A DNA stretch of 64,000 nucleotides from Malacoraja senta (GCA_038087875.1 CM075987.1:16866001-16930000), one strand, 5' to 3'; shown: positions 1-11,891, numbered from the stretch's first letter. Numbers and translations are program-made. Notes: generated by a model from the letters alone, not told the origin.

Positions 1-398
1 CAATTAACTCTATGTAGTCTATGCCCACTTTGAACAGAATGTAGGTGGAGGAACGTCACCCGCACAATCATCATGTGTGCCTTCGTTTCTCTCGCACTCA
101 GCGTTGTTACACAACCATCTATGTTCTCTTCAATTTTTCTGCAATTTAAATGTATTTCTCACCTTACATTGACCTGTGGCATTCACTCCTTTTCACTACA
201 GATGCTGTCTGACTACTAACAATTTCCAGCATTTTCTACTGTTATTACAGATCTCCAGCATCTGCAATTATTTGCTTTTCTAAAGACAGGGTTACTTGTA
301 TGAAGCCAGATAATATTAACCTTTGAACTGCTGAAAATAATTTATTAAACATGCAAAAGGCGGAAGATTTTTAAAAGTCATTTACAATTTTCCTGCAG

Positions 399-588
399 AG
401 ATGTGAGATGTGGAAAGCTTCAATGCAATGGTAAAGGCATATCACCAGCAATTGGTGGAAGAACCGAAAATGTTGTGTCCCAGTTCTCCAATAAAGGCCG
501 GAATATCGAGTGTTATGGAACATATTTCACAGGTGATGCTGAAGGCATTGATCTGGTGGCAGATGGCACTCCCTGCGGTTTGGGAAAG
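399..588 (+). CDS. ADAM-family gene exon: C-terminal part of the cysteine-rich domain
   Basis: Acceptor ttttcctgcAG (397-398) and donor AAG|GTaatt (589). The 190 nt read DVRCGKLQCNGKGISPAIGG...ECYGTYFTGDAEGIDLVADGTPCGLGK, with the CGKLQC and GTxCGxGK motifs of ADAM cysteine-rich domains. Resembles ADAM12/15/19/33; the paralog cannot be resolved by eye. Confidence 0.95.
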
Positions 589-784
589 GTAATTCTCCTC
601 AAGGCATAAAAACACCGTATTTGCGGACATTGCAAATTGTGTCTGATTTGGTCTCAGACCCAGATTTCCCAGTTCTCAGTCCGTAGCTTCATAGGTTAAT
701 GCAAGGTGCATGATCAGGTGCTGATCTGAGTACTTATTAAATGTGGTGAGGCTTCCTTCCTCAATCACACCGTCAGCATGAAAA

Positions 785-1090
785 TGGTGCCCCGGTTTCC
801 TCCCATATCCAAAAGAGAAGCGGTTAATTGGGCTCAGTAAATTGCCCAGTCTGGAGGGGCTGGATGTGAAAGACAATAACATAGAATGAGTGTGAATGGG
901 CGATCGATGGTCTCTCGACTGAGTGGGCTGAATGGCCTCTTTCCATGCCGTATCTTTCATTTATACATTCCTTCAAAATCAGAACTGGCAAGAGTGATCC
1001 AGCTTTAATCCAGTGCAGTCTGTGCGGAGTTTGCATATTTTCCCTGTGGCTTTCCCAAAATCATGTCAGTTTGTAGGTAATTGAACTGTA
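785..1090 (+). mobile_element. Two degraded V-SINE fragments
   Basis: ggtgccccggtttcctcccatatccaaaaga...gggctgaatggcctctttccatgccgtatct, and tgtgcggagtttgcatattttccctgtg. Confidence 0.7.
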
Positions 1091-1092
1091 AG

Positions 1093-1382
1093 AGGTGGCA
1101 CAGTGGCACAGCGATAAAGTTGCTGCCTTACGGGTTCGATCCTGACTATGGGTGTTGTCTGTATGGAGTTTGTACTTTCTCCTTGTGACCGCGTGGGTTT
1201 TCTCTGGGTGCTCCGGTTTCCTTCAACACTCCAGAGACGTACAGGTTTGTAGGTTAATTGGCTTCAGTAAATTGTAAATTGTTCCTAGTGTGTAGGATAG
1301 TGCGAGTGTACGGAGTGATCGCTGGTCAGCGCAGACTCGGTGGGCCGAAGGGCCTGTTTCCATGCTGTATCTTTAAAGTAAA
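1093..1382 (+). mobile_element. HE1-like V-SINE (tRNA-derived head, V-domain, CR1-type 3' tail)
   Basis: ggcacagtggcacagcg (A-box-like), gggttcgatcc (B-box), V-domain gtatggagtttgtac...gggtgctccggtttcc, and tail gggccgaagggcctgtttccatgctgtatct. Confidence 0.9.
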
Positions 1383-1717
1383 GAGATTTGTCTGACATGA
1401 TTTTTGTGAGTCTGCCTATTTGTTTTGTTTTCTATGTACCCTGTTACCACTTCCTTACTGTAAACCTGCAGCATTTTCCCTGCTACTAATTTCATGCTAA
1501 CTGCATCATAGTTCCATTTATATGTTTTGTCTTATTATTGTTAAATAGGAAGGATACATTTGCTACTTTCCAATCTGGGGAACAGTTATAGAATCTTTGC
1601 AATCTGCTCCCTCTGCTCCTCTTGATTTTCCTTCTCACCGTTGACTCAGTATTTGCTCCCCTGTCCAAATGGATTAACTCATACCTATCTGGATTGAGAT
1701 TTTTTAGCCACTCTTTG

Positions 1718-1903
1718 TTAGAGTTTAGAGATACTGTGTGAAAACAGGCCCTTTGACCAACTGAGTCCATGCCAACCATCGATCACCCGCACACTAGTTC
1801 TATGTAAGCCCACTTTTGTGTCCTACACACTAGGGGGAATTTACAGAAGTAAATTAACAGGCATACCTGCATTTCTTTGGAATGGGGAAAGCCATTTAGA
1901 ATG
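1718..1903 (-). mobile_element. V-SINE 3' part
   Basis: Reverse complement of the 3' half of the 1093-1382 SINE, with a (CTAAA)-like tail. Confidence 0.75.
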
Positions 1904-2316
1904 GAGACAATAGACAATAGGTGCAGGAGTAGACCATTTGGCCCTTCGAGGCAGCACCGCCATTCAATGTGATCATGGCTGATCATCCCCAATCAGTACC
2001 CCGTTCCTGCCTTCTCCCCGTATCCCCTGACTCCGCTATTTTTAAGAGCCCTATCTAGCTCTTACTTGAAAGCATCCAGAGAACCTGCCTCCACCGCCCT
2101 CTGAGGCAGAGAATTCCACAGACTCACCACTCTCTGTGAGAAAAAGTGTTTCCTCATCTCCGTTCTAAATGGCTTACTCCTTATTCTTAAAATGATGAGG
2201 AAGTACTTTTTCACACAGAGAGTTGTGAGTCTGTGGAATTCTCTGCCTTACAGGGCGGTGGAGGCCGGTTCTCTGGATACTTTCAAGAGAGAGCTAGGGG
2301 CTCTTAAAGATAGCGG
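1904..2316. mobile_element. Two CR1 3' fragments in inverted orientation
   Basis: 1904-2190 is a minus-strand CR1 3' end. 2193-2316 is a plus-strand copy of the same FFTQRVVSLWNSLP region. Confidence 0.85.
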
Positions 2317-2669
2317 AGGGGGGAGAGAGAGATGGGGGGGAGAGAGGGGGGAGGGAGAGAGGGGGGGAGACTGTGCATTCCTTCTATCTCTTCTGCTCAT
2401 GATATTATTCACCTCTATAAGCTCAAACCCTCAGCTTACGACTCAGGAATCTGTATATTTAGACTAAGTTCACAATCCTGTCCTAATCAATCGTCTTAGT
2501 TACTTTAAAAAACTCAATTAAATTCATGATTCACGATCTTGCATGCTCAAAACTATGCTGACAAACCTTAAACAACCCATGTCCTTCAAAATGCATGTAT
2601 TAGAAATCTAACGAAATATGGCATAATTCTCACAGTATATACTATACAAATAAGTAACTATGGCTACCT

Positions 2670-3590
2670 GATTTTGATAACTACCTTTGCTATCTACAAC
2701 ACTACCCACTTTAGTGTTATCTGCAAACTTACTGATCTTGCATTCTACATTCTTGTCCACATTGTTGATATAAACCATAATCAGCCATGGGCCCAGCACC
2801 GATTCCTGAGGCACACCACGAGTCGCAGCCTCAGGTCCAAAGAACAACCTTCCACTATCACCCTCTGCATGCTTCCATGAAGCCAATTCTCTATCCAATC
2901 GGTTACCTCACCCTGGATCCCATGTGATATAACCTTTTAAAGCAGACACTTGGACAAGTACATGGATTGGAAAGGTTTAGAAGGATATGGGCCAGATTTG
3001 GACATAGGCTTAAGGTGAGGGTTGAAAGATTTAATAGGAACCTGAAAGGCAACATTTTTATACAAAGGTTGGGGGATGTATAGAACAAGCTGCCTGAGGC
3101 GGTAGTTGAGGCAGGTACTATCACAATGTTTAAAAGGTCTTATGTGATAGGAGCAGAATTAGGCCATTCGGCCCATTAAGTCTGCTCCGCCATTCAATCG
3201 TGGCTGATCTGTCTCTCCTAACCCCATTCTCATGCCTTCTCCCCATAAACCCTGACCTACCTGTGCTAATCAAGAATCTATCTATCTCTGCCTTAAAAAT
3301 ACCCAGTGACTTGGCCTCCACAGCCTTCTGTGGCAAAGAATTCCACAGATTCACCACCCTTTGATTAAAGAAAGTCCTTCTCATCTCCTTCCTAATGGGA
3401 CGTCCTTTAATTCTGAGGCTATGATCTCTAGTCCTCGACTCTCCCACTAGTGGAAACATCCTCCACATCCAGTGATAGTTGGGCGAAAGGGCCTGTTTCC
3501 ACACTGTATGACCCCTGACATCCTTCCTTTAATGGGGTGACCTAAACTGCACACAATACTGCAAATGCAGCCGATCAAAAATACTATAAA
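2670..3590. mobile_element. Cluster of degraded CR1 RT/3' fragments on both strands
   Basis: Minus-strand ORFs 2608-2898 (GVPQESVLGP, KFADNTK) and 3130-3504 (RTRDHSLRI, VNLWNSLP). Confidence 0.85.
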
Positions 3591-3757
3591 TGTATAGGAA
3601 GAAATGCAAATGCTTGTTTATATCGATGATAGACACAAAATGCTGGAGTAACTCAGCGGGACAGGCAGCACCTCAGGAGGGGAGGAATGGGATGATGTTT
3701 TGGGTTGAGACCCTTCGTCTGAAAAAATGTGCATACTCCAGCATTTTGTGTCTATCT
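3590..3757. mobile_element. Penelope-like pLTR fragment with partial inverted copy
   Basis: gatagacacaaaatgctggagta ... tactccagcattttgtgtctatc inverted pair. Same family as 7898-8131. Confidence 0.7.
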
Positions 3758-3868
3758 TCGAAAGTCCTCCAAAGCTGCATCATGATGTGTGTTGTGAATA
3801 GTCTGTCCAAGCAAACGTAAATAATGTTACTGTGTCTGTTAAAGTGATGAATTACTTTCATCCTTCAG

Positions 3869-3946
3869 GCGTGCTTCAACACCATTTGTCGTGGCGTGGC
3901 TGGTTTTGGTGTCTCCAAGTGTAACAAGCATTGCAATGGCCATGGG
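3869..3946 (+). CDS. ADAM-family gene exon: end of Cys-rich domain and start of EGF-like domain
   Basis: Acceptor ctttcatccttcAG and donor GGG|GTaaga. 78 nt, phase 0-0, reading ACFNTICRGVAGFGVSKCNKHCNGHG, in frame with the previous exon (GK|AC). Confidence 0.95.
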
Positions 3947-4219
3947 GTAAGAGCTAGGAAAGTTTATCCTTTCTGTATTTTTGTAAATATCTTTTAATTT
4001 AACCCAGCTAAGCATGAAGCATCACCTTTAAAATCATAGTCCTTCCAAAATGATCAGATTTGAATTTGTACAGTGCTAGACTTGCTACATAGAACAGCAC
4101 AGGAACAGGACCTTCATCCAAGATGTCTGTACTGACTATGATACCAATTCAAACTGCACATCTGTCGGCACATGGTCGACATCCCTCTCTTCCCTGCCCA
4201 TCTTACTTTAGAAATTGGT

Positions 4220-4860
4220 TTAGGTTTAGATTTATTATTGTCACCTGTACCGAGGTAAAGCTTTTTTTGCAGTGGAAAGACAATACATGATTACAAACAA
4301 GCCATCCACAGTTATACAACAGTTACATCATAAGGGAATAACGTTTAGTGCAAGGTACAGTCGGTAAAGTCTGATCATAGTCCAAGGGTCACCAATGAGG
4401 TAAATAGTAGTTCAGGACTGCTATCTAGCTGCGGTAGAATTATTCAGTTGCCTGATAACAGCTGGGAAGAAACTGTCCCTGAATCTGGAGGTGTGCGTTT
4501 TCACACTTTTACACTTTTTGCCCGATAAGAAAGCAGAGAAGAGGGAGTGGCCAGGGTGCGAATCGTCCTTGATGATGCGGCTGGCCTTGCTGAGGCAGAG
4601 TGAAGTATAAATGGAGTCAATGGAAGGGAGGTTGGTTTGTATGATGGCTGTGTCCACAATTTGCTACAATTTCTTGCGGTCTTGGATGGAGCTGTTCCCA
4701 AATCATGCTGTGATGCATCCTGATGAAATGCCTACGGCACATCTGTTGAAGTTGGTGAGAGTTGTTGGGGACATGCCAAACTTCCTAAGCCTTCTAAGGA
4801 AGTAGAGGCGTTGGTGTGCTTTCTTGGTCGTTGCTTCAATATGAGTGGTGCCCGAGAAGT
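4220..4860 (-). mobile_element. Rex1/Babar LINE 3' fragment
   Basis: ORFs read KKAHQRLYFLRRLRKFG, IIKDDSHPGHSLF and TSRFRDSFFPAVIRQLN. The 3' UTR ends gtgacaataataaatctaaac. Confidence 0.85.
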
Positions 4861-4989
4861 CCATCACTATCTTCATTGTCTTGCTGAAATTGAACGCCAT
4901 CATGCATGTTGTTCAAACTGGGAAAGGAAAGAGGCAGAAAATATTAAATCTGTAAGAGAAAACTGTAGTTGTGTTATTTATACCAACCA

Positions 4990-5255
4990 TCGTCCCGGCG
5001 AGTTTGAAGCACCACGACAACATGTGATCCAAGATCTTGGAGGCCAAGCGCCAACGCCAAAAAATGCTCAACAGCAACAGCAACACACTCTCCAATCCAA
5101 CGGCCAGAGACAACTTCACCCGAGGAAGCTGTGGGAAGGTCTACCTAGCAGGGATGGACCAAGTCAGCCACACCAGGAGATGCAACCACTGGTGAAATAT
5201 TCCCCTCTCCAAGCCTCATCATCATCATCTCCCTCAGATGGACGGATGCCAAACA
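4990..5255 (+). mobile_element. RTE-clade LINE 3' end, degraded
   Basis: One frame reads KRQRQKML...CGKVYLAGMDQVSHTRRC, an RTE C-terminal zinc-knuckle-like motif, followed by a short 3' UTR ending gacggatgcc. Confidence 0.6.
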
Positions 5256-5617
5256 TAAATGTATAATCTAACAAACAGATCAACTTTTGCCAAGACCCCA
5301 TTCAATTCTTATTTCTGATTCTGATTCTTATTTTGGCTGGACAAAATAAGAATCATGAGTGGCAAATTGAATCCAAAGTGGCTGTGGCAGGATGTACACG
5401 TCTCCCTCCCATCAGACATTCCCTTTGTTTCCCTTGTGTTTTCCCAAATGCCCCTCTTCAGTATTTGGGAATGTGTCTTGCAGTTTGTGTGACAAAATAG
5501 ACAATAGGTGCAGGAGTAGGCCATTCAATGTGATCATGGCTGATCACCCCCAATCAGTACCCTGTTCCTGCCTTCTCCCCATATCCCTTGACTCCGCTAT
5601 CTTTAAGAGCTCTAACT

Positions 5618-5720
5618 AAAGGGCCTGTCCCACTTGGCAATTTCTTCGGCGACTGCCGGCATCATTGACTGACATATCAGGTCACCGAAAAATACGCGGC
5701 GTGATGTGGCTTGACGCAGC
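5618..5720 (+). mobile_element. End of a non-autonomous DNA transposon (PIF/Harbinger-like TIR)
   Basis: taaaGGGCCTGTCCCACTT terminus followed by CpG-rich sequence. The other end is not seen. Confidence 0.5.
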
Positions 5721-5721
5721 G

Positions 5722-7870
5722 TGTTGAAAGTTTAGAGTGGTAAAGAAGTCGTAATGGTGTGCTTGCCATCATTGGTTGAGGCATTGTGTATAAGAATCAG
5801 GAAGTCATGTTGCAGCTTTATAGGACTGTGGTCAGGCCGCATTTGGAATATTGCCTACAGTTGTGGTTGCCCCATTACAGGAAGGATATGGAGGCTTTGG
5901 AGAGGGTGCAGAGGAGGTTTACCAGAATACTGCCTGGATTAGAGGGTTGCAGGGTGAGGTTGGATAGACTTGGATTATTTTCTCTGAAGCGTCGGAGGTA
6001 ACGGGGAGACCCGACAGATTTGTATCAAATTATGAGAGACATAGATATAGTAGATGGTCAGAACATTTTTTCCAGGAAGAAAATCAAAGACTAGAAGACA
6101 TACCCTTTAGGTGAGAGGGGCTAAGATTAAAGGATATGTGCAGGCCAAGTTTTTTACAGAGGGAGGTTGGTGCCTGGAATGCGTTGCCAGCTGTGGTGAT
6201 GGAGATGGGTGTAACAGTGGGCTTTTAGAAAGGCATCTAGATGTGAAAGGATTGGAGTGTTATGGTCATGTGTAAGGAGATGAGATCAGTTGATCTTTGC
6301 ATTATGTTTGGTAGAGACATTGTGGGCCAAGGGTCTGATCCTGTGCTCGTGAGCCAAAGGGCCTGTTACTGAATATTTCAATTCTTTATGTTCAAACATT
6401 AAGGTGCCTAAGTTCTGTTAGTGTTTTGACAGAGATGTTTGTATCTCCTCTACCCCCAGGCACAGGCACAGAGCATTACAGATCAACCAAAGTTGTTTCC
6501 CTGTTTAAGAAACATAATATGGACAAATCAGGAAATAAGATATGGGTATAAATATAAGAAAGACACAAAATGCTGGAGTAACTCAGCGGGACAAGCAGCA
6601 TCTCTTGAGAGAAGGAATGGGTGGCGTTTCGGGTTGAGACCCTTCTTCAGACTGATGTGAGGGGAGTGGGCGGGACAAAGATAGAATGTAGTCGGAGAAC
6701 ATTCTTACTCATTTGGTATAAATATAGATGGGTCGGTTAGCAAGTTTGTAGATGAAGCTAAGATTGCTGGGGTCATGGACTGTGAGGAAGGCAGTCAAAG
6801 TATACATCGGGATATAGATCAGCGACCGAAATTGGCAGAGAAATGGCAGCTGGAGTTGAACCCAAGCAAGTGAGGCGTCGCACTTTGGTAGGTTGAATGC
6901 AAGGGGAAAATATACAATGAATGGCATGACTCTTAACAGCATTGCTGCACACAGAGATCTTAGGCTCCAAGTCCATAACACCCAGTTTTGGTCACCCCAT
7001 TAAAGGAAGGATGTGGAAGCTTTGGAGAAGGTGCAGAAACAGTTCATCAGAGTTAAGGGTATTAGCAACGGAGAGATTGGATAGACAGATTGTTTTCTCA
7101 CGAATGCCGGATGTTGCCTGGTAATCTGAGAGAAGTGTATAAAATTATGAGGGACATTGATGGGGTAGATAGTCATTACCTTTGTCCCCAGATGTAATAA
7201 TTAAATACTAGCGGGCATAGCTTTAAGGTGAGTGGGGAAAAGTTTGAAGATGTGCGGGGCAGGTATTTTATGTAGAGGTTGGTGAGTGCCTAGAACGCGT
7301 TGCTGGTAGTGGTGGTTGAGGCAGATGCGATAGTGGCATTTAGGAGATTCTCAGATGTGCACATGGTTATACAGTGAATGAAGATATATTGATTATGCAC
7401 AGGCAGGCAGTAGTTGGTCCTGGTTCAGAACAGACATTGTGGGCCAAAGAGCCTGTTCCTGTGCTGTACTCTTCTGTGTAAGCCAGTGAGCTTTACATTT
7501 TTGGAGAAGACTTTTGGGGATAGAATCTATTCGCATCTGGAAAAGCATAGACGTATTTAGGATTGTTAGCCTGGCAGCGTGTGGAAATGGCCACATCTTA
7601 CAAACTTGGTTGAGCATTTTGAGATGTTGAATGATGAAAGTAGGGCATTGGATGATGTCTGCATGGAGTTCAGCAAAGCCTTCAATATGGCCCCTCATGG
7701 TAGGCTGATCCAGAAGATTATGGCACATGGGTCCCATGGAGACTGAGATTGTATTCAAAAGTGCCTTGTCCATTTAAGTAGTGGAGGGATGGTATTCTGA
7801 CTGGAGGTCTGTGACCAGTGATATTCCCCAAGGATCGTTGCTGGGTCTTCTGTTGGTTGTGAAAATTACA
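5722..7870 (+). mobile_element. Successive old CR1 RT/3' fragments
   Basis: [15 protein letters not shown] and ERVQRRFTR motifs, several CR1 3' tails, many frameshifts. Confidence 0.85.
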
Positions 7871-7897
7871 CGGTCAAAGTCGTACTTGGTTTGATTA

Positions 7898-8131
7898 ATG
7901 TAGGAAGGAACAGCTGGCTTACACAGAAGATAGACGTAAAATGCTGGAGTAACTCAGTGGGACAGGCAGCATCCCTGGAGAGAAAGAATGGGTGAAATTT
8001 CAGATTGAGACCCTTCTTCAGACTCTGGACTTCAAAGTCTGAAGACGGATCTCGACCCGAAACGTCATTCATTCCTTCTCTCCAGAGATGCTGCCTGTCC
8101 CACTGAGTTACTCCAGCATTTTGTGTCTATT
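7898..8131. mobile_element. Penelope-like palindromic insertion (inverted pLTR pair) with 12-bp TSD and hammerhead core
   Basis: Inverted arms of about 90 bp span 7931-8129. TSD ttggtttgatta at 7886-7897 and 8132-8143. Core ctgaagac-ggatctcgaccc-gaaacgtc at about 8039-8066. Confidence 0.8.
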
Positions 8132-8507
8132 TTGGTTTGATTAGTATGTTTGTAGATGACACATTTGGCAATAATGCATAATGACGAAGGTAGTCAAAGA
8201 ATTCATCAGGATATAAATTGAAAATGGGGCAGATAATTGGCAAATGAGGTTTAATGCAACTTTGAGTGAACCAATCTAAGTGAAAGGTATTCAGTAAGAC
8301 CTGCACCCTTTGGCGTGTTGATGTGTAGAGGGATCTTGGGTGTGTTCAGCTCCCTGAAAGTGGCAACACAAATAGAAAGGGTGGTTCAAAAAAGACCTAT
8401 TGCATGCTTGCCTTCATCCATTGCGATGCTGAGGATAAAAGTGAGGAAGTCATATTGTATAGAACACAAATTAACACAACGGGTTGGGCATATCTGGAGG
8501 ACATGGA

Positions 8508-8543
8508 CAGGTGACGTTTCGGGTTGGGGCCCTTCTTCAGAGT
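8508..8543 (-). ncRNA. Minimal hammerhead-ribozyme core in a Penelope-like fragment
   Basis: Minus strand reads CUGAAGA-A-GGG-CCCCAA-CCC-GAAAC-GUC-ACC, i.e. CUGANGA, helix II, GAAA and an NUH triplet. Confidence 0.6.
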
Positions 8544-8631
8544 GCTGTAATATTGCATCTTATTTTGAATGTGATATACAGATGTATTGAATCTACAGCT
8601 TTAAATGATATCATCTTTATTGTTACATTAG

Positions 8632-8746
8632 GTATGTAACAATAATGACGCATGCCACTGTGACCCAGGCTGGGCACCCCCAAATTGCACCACCGCAGGA
8701 GAAGGTGGCAGTGTGGACAGTGCAACATGGTTTTCACAGCAGCCAG
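8632..8746 (+). CDS. ADAM-family gene exon: EGF-like domain
   Basis: Acceptor tttattgttacattAG and donor CAG|GTgagt. 115 nt, phase 0-1, reading [38 protein letters not shown], the typical ADAM VCN..CHC..GWAPPxC....GGSxDS signature. Confidence 0.96.
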
Positions 8747-10444
8747 GTGAGTGTCTGACAATGGCATTTTTGTCTGTAGAAAGACTATTGCTCTGCGCAA
8801 TCCCATTTGCAGCCTTTCCGACCTTAATTCAATGGAACGTGCAGAGCAGTGGCACAGCTGGTGGTGCTGCTGCCTCATAACTCCAGCAACACCTTCAGGC
8901 AGCGACTGACCTGAGATAGTGCAACATCGTGTTTCCAGAATCTCCATTTTATTTTAAAACATCATCAAGAGGATTGATGTGGACAGAGCAGTGGATGTTA
9001 TGGATGAACTTTAGCAAAGCCTTTGACATGGACCCACATGGAAAGCTTAGTCTGGTAGGTTAAATCACATAGATTCCAAGTGAGCTCATTGATTGGATTC
9101 AAAATTGCCTTGGAGGAAGGAGTGTTAAGGATAGTTGTGGAGAGTTGTGACGGATGGAGTGCCGCAGGAGTCACTGCTGGGTGCACTGCTGATTGTTAAT
9201 AAGTTAGTGATTTGGATAACAAATCTGCAGATGACTCCAACATTGTTATAGTGGACAGTGAGGAAGGATATAGAAACATAGAAAATAGGTGCAGGAGGCC
9301 ATTCGGCCCTTCAAGCCAGCACCGCCATTCATTGTGATCATGGCTGATCGTCCCCAATCAATAACCCGTGCCTGCCTTCTCCCCATATCCCTTGATTCCA
9401 CTACCCCTAGAGCTCAGATAGATATCTAGATTACAAGATATCTATGTTTACAAGATCTAGATCAGTTAGGAATGTGGGTCAAGGAATGGCAAATGAAATA
9501 TAACTCTGGCAAGTCTGAGTTGTCAAACCAGAGCAGGATTTAGACAATAGACAATAGGTGCAGGAGTAGGCCATTCGGCCCTTCGAGCCAGCACCGCCAT
9601 TCAATGTGATCATGGCTGATCATCCACAATCAGTATCCCGTTCCTGCCATCTCCCCATATCCCCTGACTACGCTATCTTTAAGAGCCCTATCTAGCTCTC
9701 TCTTGAAAGTATCCAGAGAAGAGGCTTTTTACACAGTAGATGGTGGAACTCTGAAGAGTGTTGCACAACACAGAGATCTGGGAGCATGGGTGCATTTCCC
9801 TGAACGTTGGACACTGTGGTTAAAAAAAGTGGTTTGGCACACTGGCCTTCATTGGGAAGGGTGTTGAGTACAAATGTTGGGATATTAGGATACATCAGTA
9901 CAAGTCGTTGGTGAGACCACACTTGGAGCACAGTGTGAAGTTCTGGTCGCCCAGCTACAGGGAGGATGTCATTAAGTTGGAAAAGGTGCAGAAAAGATTC
10001 ATCAGGATGTTACCTGGGCTTGCGAGCTTGAGTTATAGGGAGACATTGGATAGGCTTAGACTTTGTTCTTTGGAGCGTAAGAGGCTGATTGTTGACCTTA
10101 TTGAGGTGTACAAGACTATGAAGAGTATGGAATAAGTGCATGCTCATCAACCAGGGTAGAGGATTCTAAAACCCGAGGTCATGGGCTTAAGGGTTGAGGG
10201 AAGAGATTTAAGAGGGACCTCAGGCAACCTTTTTCATTCAGAGGGTAGTTACATCATGTTACAGCTGTATAAGTTGTTGGTGAGACCACACTAGGATCAC
10301 TGTGTGCTGTTCTGGTTGCCCATCTACAGGAAGGATATCATTATGTTGGAAAGGATGCAGAAGTGATTCACCAGGATAAGGTACAGAGAATTGTGAAATG
10401 CTGGCCAACCAGTACAGAGAGTTGGTAAATGCTCGTCAACGGAC

Positions 10445-11040
10445 ACGGATGATATCTTACGCGACTGCTTTGAGTCAGCTACTGGTCCGCATTCAGGGAT
10501 TCCGCGGCTAACCTGAATGAGTACGCCACTGCCATGACTGACGTCATCAGCAAGTGCGTGGAAGACTGTGTGCCGACGAAGTCAATCTGAGTGTTGCCCA
10601 ACTGGAAACCATGGATGAACCGCGAGGTACATTCACAGGTTAAGGCCAGGTCTGCTGCATACAAGTCAAACGATTCAGAGCTGTACAAGAAGGCCTGCTA
10701 TGATCTCCACAAAGCCATCAAGGATGCCAAGAGACATGAGTCCCAGTATAATCACTCGAACACACCGAGAATGTGGCACACTCTAAATACGATAACTGGC
10801 TACAAAGCAAGGTCAGGCAACATCATCGGTGATGGTGCGCCATCAAATAATAATGAGACGGAGTACAGGAAGGAGATTGAGAACCTCGAGTCCTGGTGTC
10901 GAGACAACAACCTTTCTCTCAATGTCAGTAAGACAAAGGAGATAATGATGGATTTCAGGAAGCGAAGTGGTACACATACCCCAGTTTGCATTGAGGACGC
11001 CAACGTAGAGATGGTTGAAAACTTCAAATTCCTAGCAGTC
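10445..11040 (+). mobile_element. Rex1/Babar LINE internal fragment (internally deleted)
   Basis: ORF 10591-11115 reads PNWKPWMN...NNETEYRKEIENLESWCRDNNLSLNVSKTKEIMMDFRK. Confidence 0.85.
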
Positions 11041-11399
11041 AAAAACTTCAAACGAATCAAGCCACCCGCAGTGTACAGATACAGGAAAAAGGGAATAATG
11101 TTTAGTGCAAGATAAAGTCCAATTAAAGATAGTTTGAGGGTCTCGATGAGGTAGATGATCATCTAAAATCAGTACCCCCTTCCTGCTTTTTCCCCATGTC
11201 CCTTGACTCCGTTAGCCCTAAGAGCTAAATCGAACTCTCTCTTGAGGTGCAGAGGTTTGTAAGAGTCATTGGAGACATGTCAAATGTCCACTTTCCTCTG
11301 GAGGTAGAGGTGTGGGTGGGTGTGCCCTCTTGGATGTCATTACAATGTGGTTTGGCCAAGACCGATTGTTGGTAATATTAAGGGCAAAGAACCATGACA

Positions 11400-11891
11400 C
11401 CTTCCGGAGGTGCCCTCCGGAGGATCCGCTGTGGCAGGCCCCTTCCGGAGGTGCTGATGATAAGCTGAGGCCGGACCCTCGCAGGCTGTAGCCCGAGCAT
11501 CGCGGGCGGGAGGTAGAGCCTTGCGAGTCGACGAAACCCCGCGGCCAACGGTGCCTGGGTGGGTGGAGCCCGCAGCTGGGGCCTGGCTCGGCGCCACGGA
11601 GGCATCCGGAGAGGGACCCTTCGGCGATAGTGGAGAGGTCGGAGCGGCAGTCGACCGACGGACGAGGACGGTCACGTGGAAGTGAAGACGCCGCTGCCGG
11701 GGGAATGAGCAAAGGTGAACCTGGCATGGGAAGACTGCCGTGAGGAGGGGGAGAACTAAGAGGGAGCTGGCACCAGGGTACTCTGTAACTTTGTAAGTGC
11801 CCTTTATGCGGGACTATTTGCATACTTTAGATATGCAAGCAAAGAATTTCACTGTGACTTGTCACGTGACAATAAAGTATTCAATTCAATT
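11400..11891 (+). mobile_element. CpG-rich non-autonomous retroelement with Rex1/Babar-like 3' tail, nested in a minus-strand Rex1 fragment
   Basis: 3' end aaagaatttcactgtgacttgtcacgtgacaataaagtattcaattcaatt resembles the Rex1 3' ends elsewhere in the window. Confidence 0.55.

Noticed and set aside
410..592. 60-aa ORF MESFNAMVKAY...
   Set aside because: Alternative frame of the ADAM exon. The 403 frame carries the cysteine signature and matching splice phases.
1093..1150. tRNA-like A/B boxes
   Set aside because: SINE head; no complete cloverleaf.
6440..6540. Acceptor-like tctcctctacccccAG followed by an open frame
   Set aside because: The downstream sequence is decayed CR1 (VVSLFKK..DKSGN) and it does not fit the ADAM exon order.
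11266..11823. Overlapping Pro/Ser-rich minus-strand ORFs
   Set aside because: Stop-poor GC-rich repeat with no domain signature or splice support.
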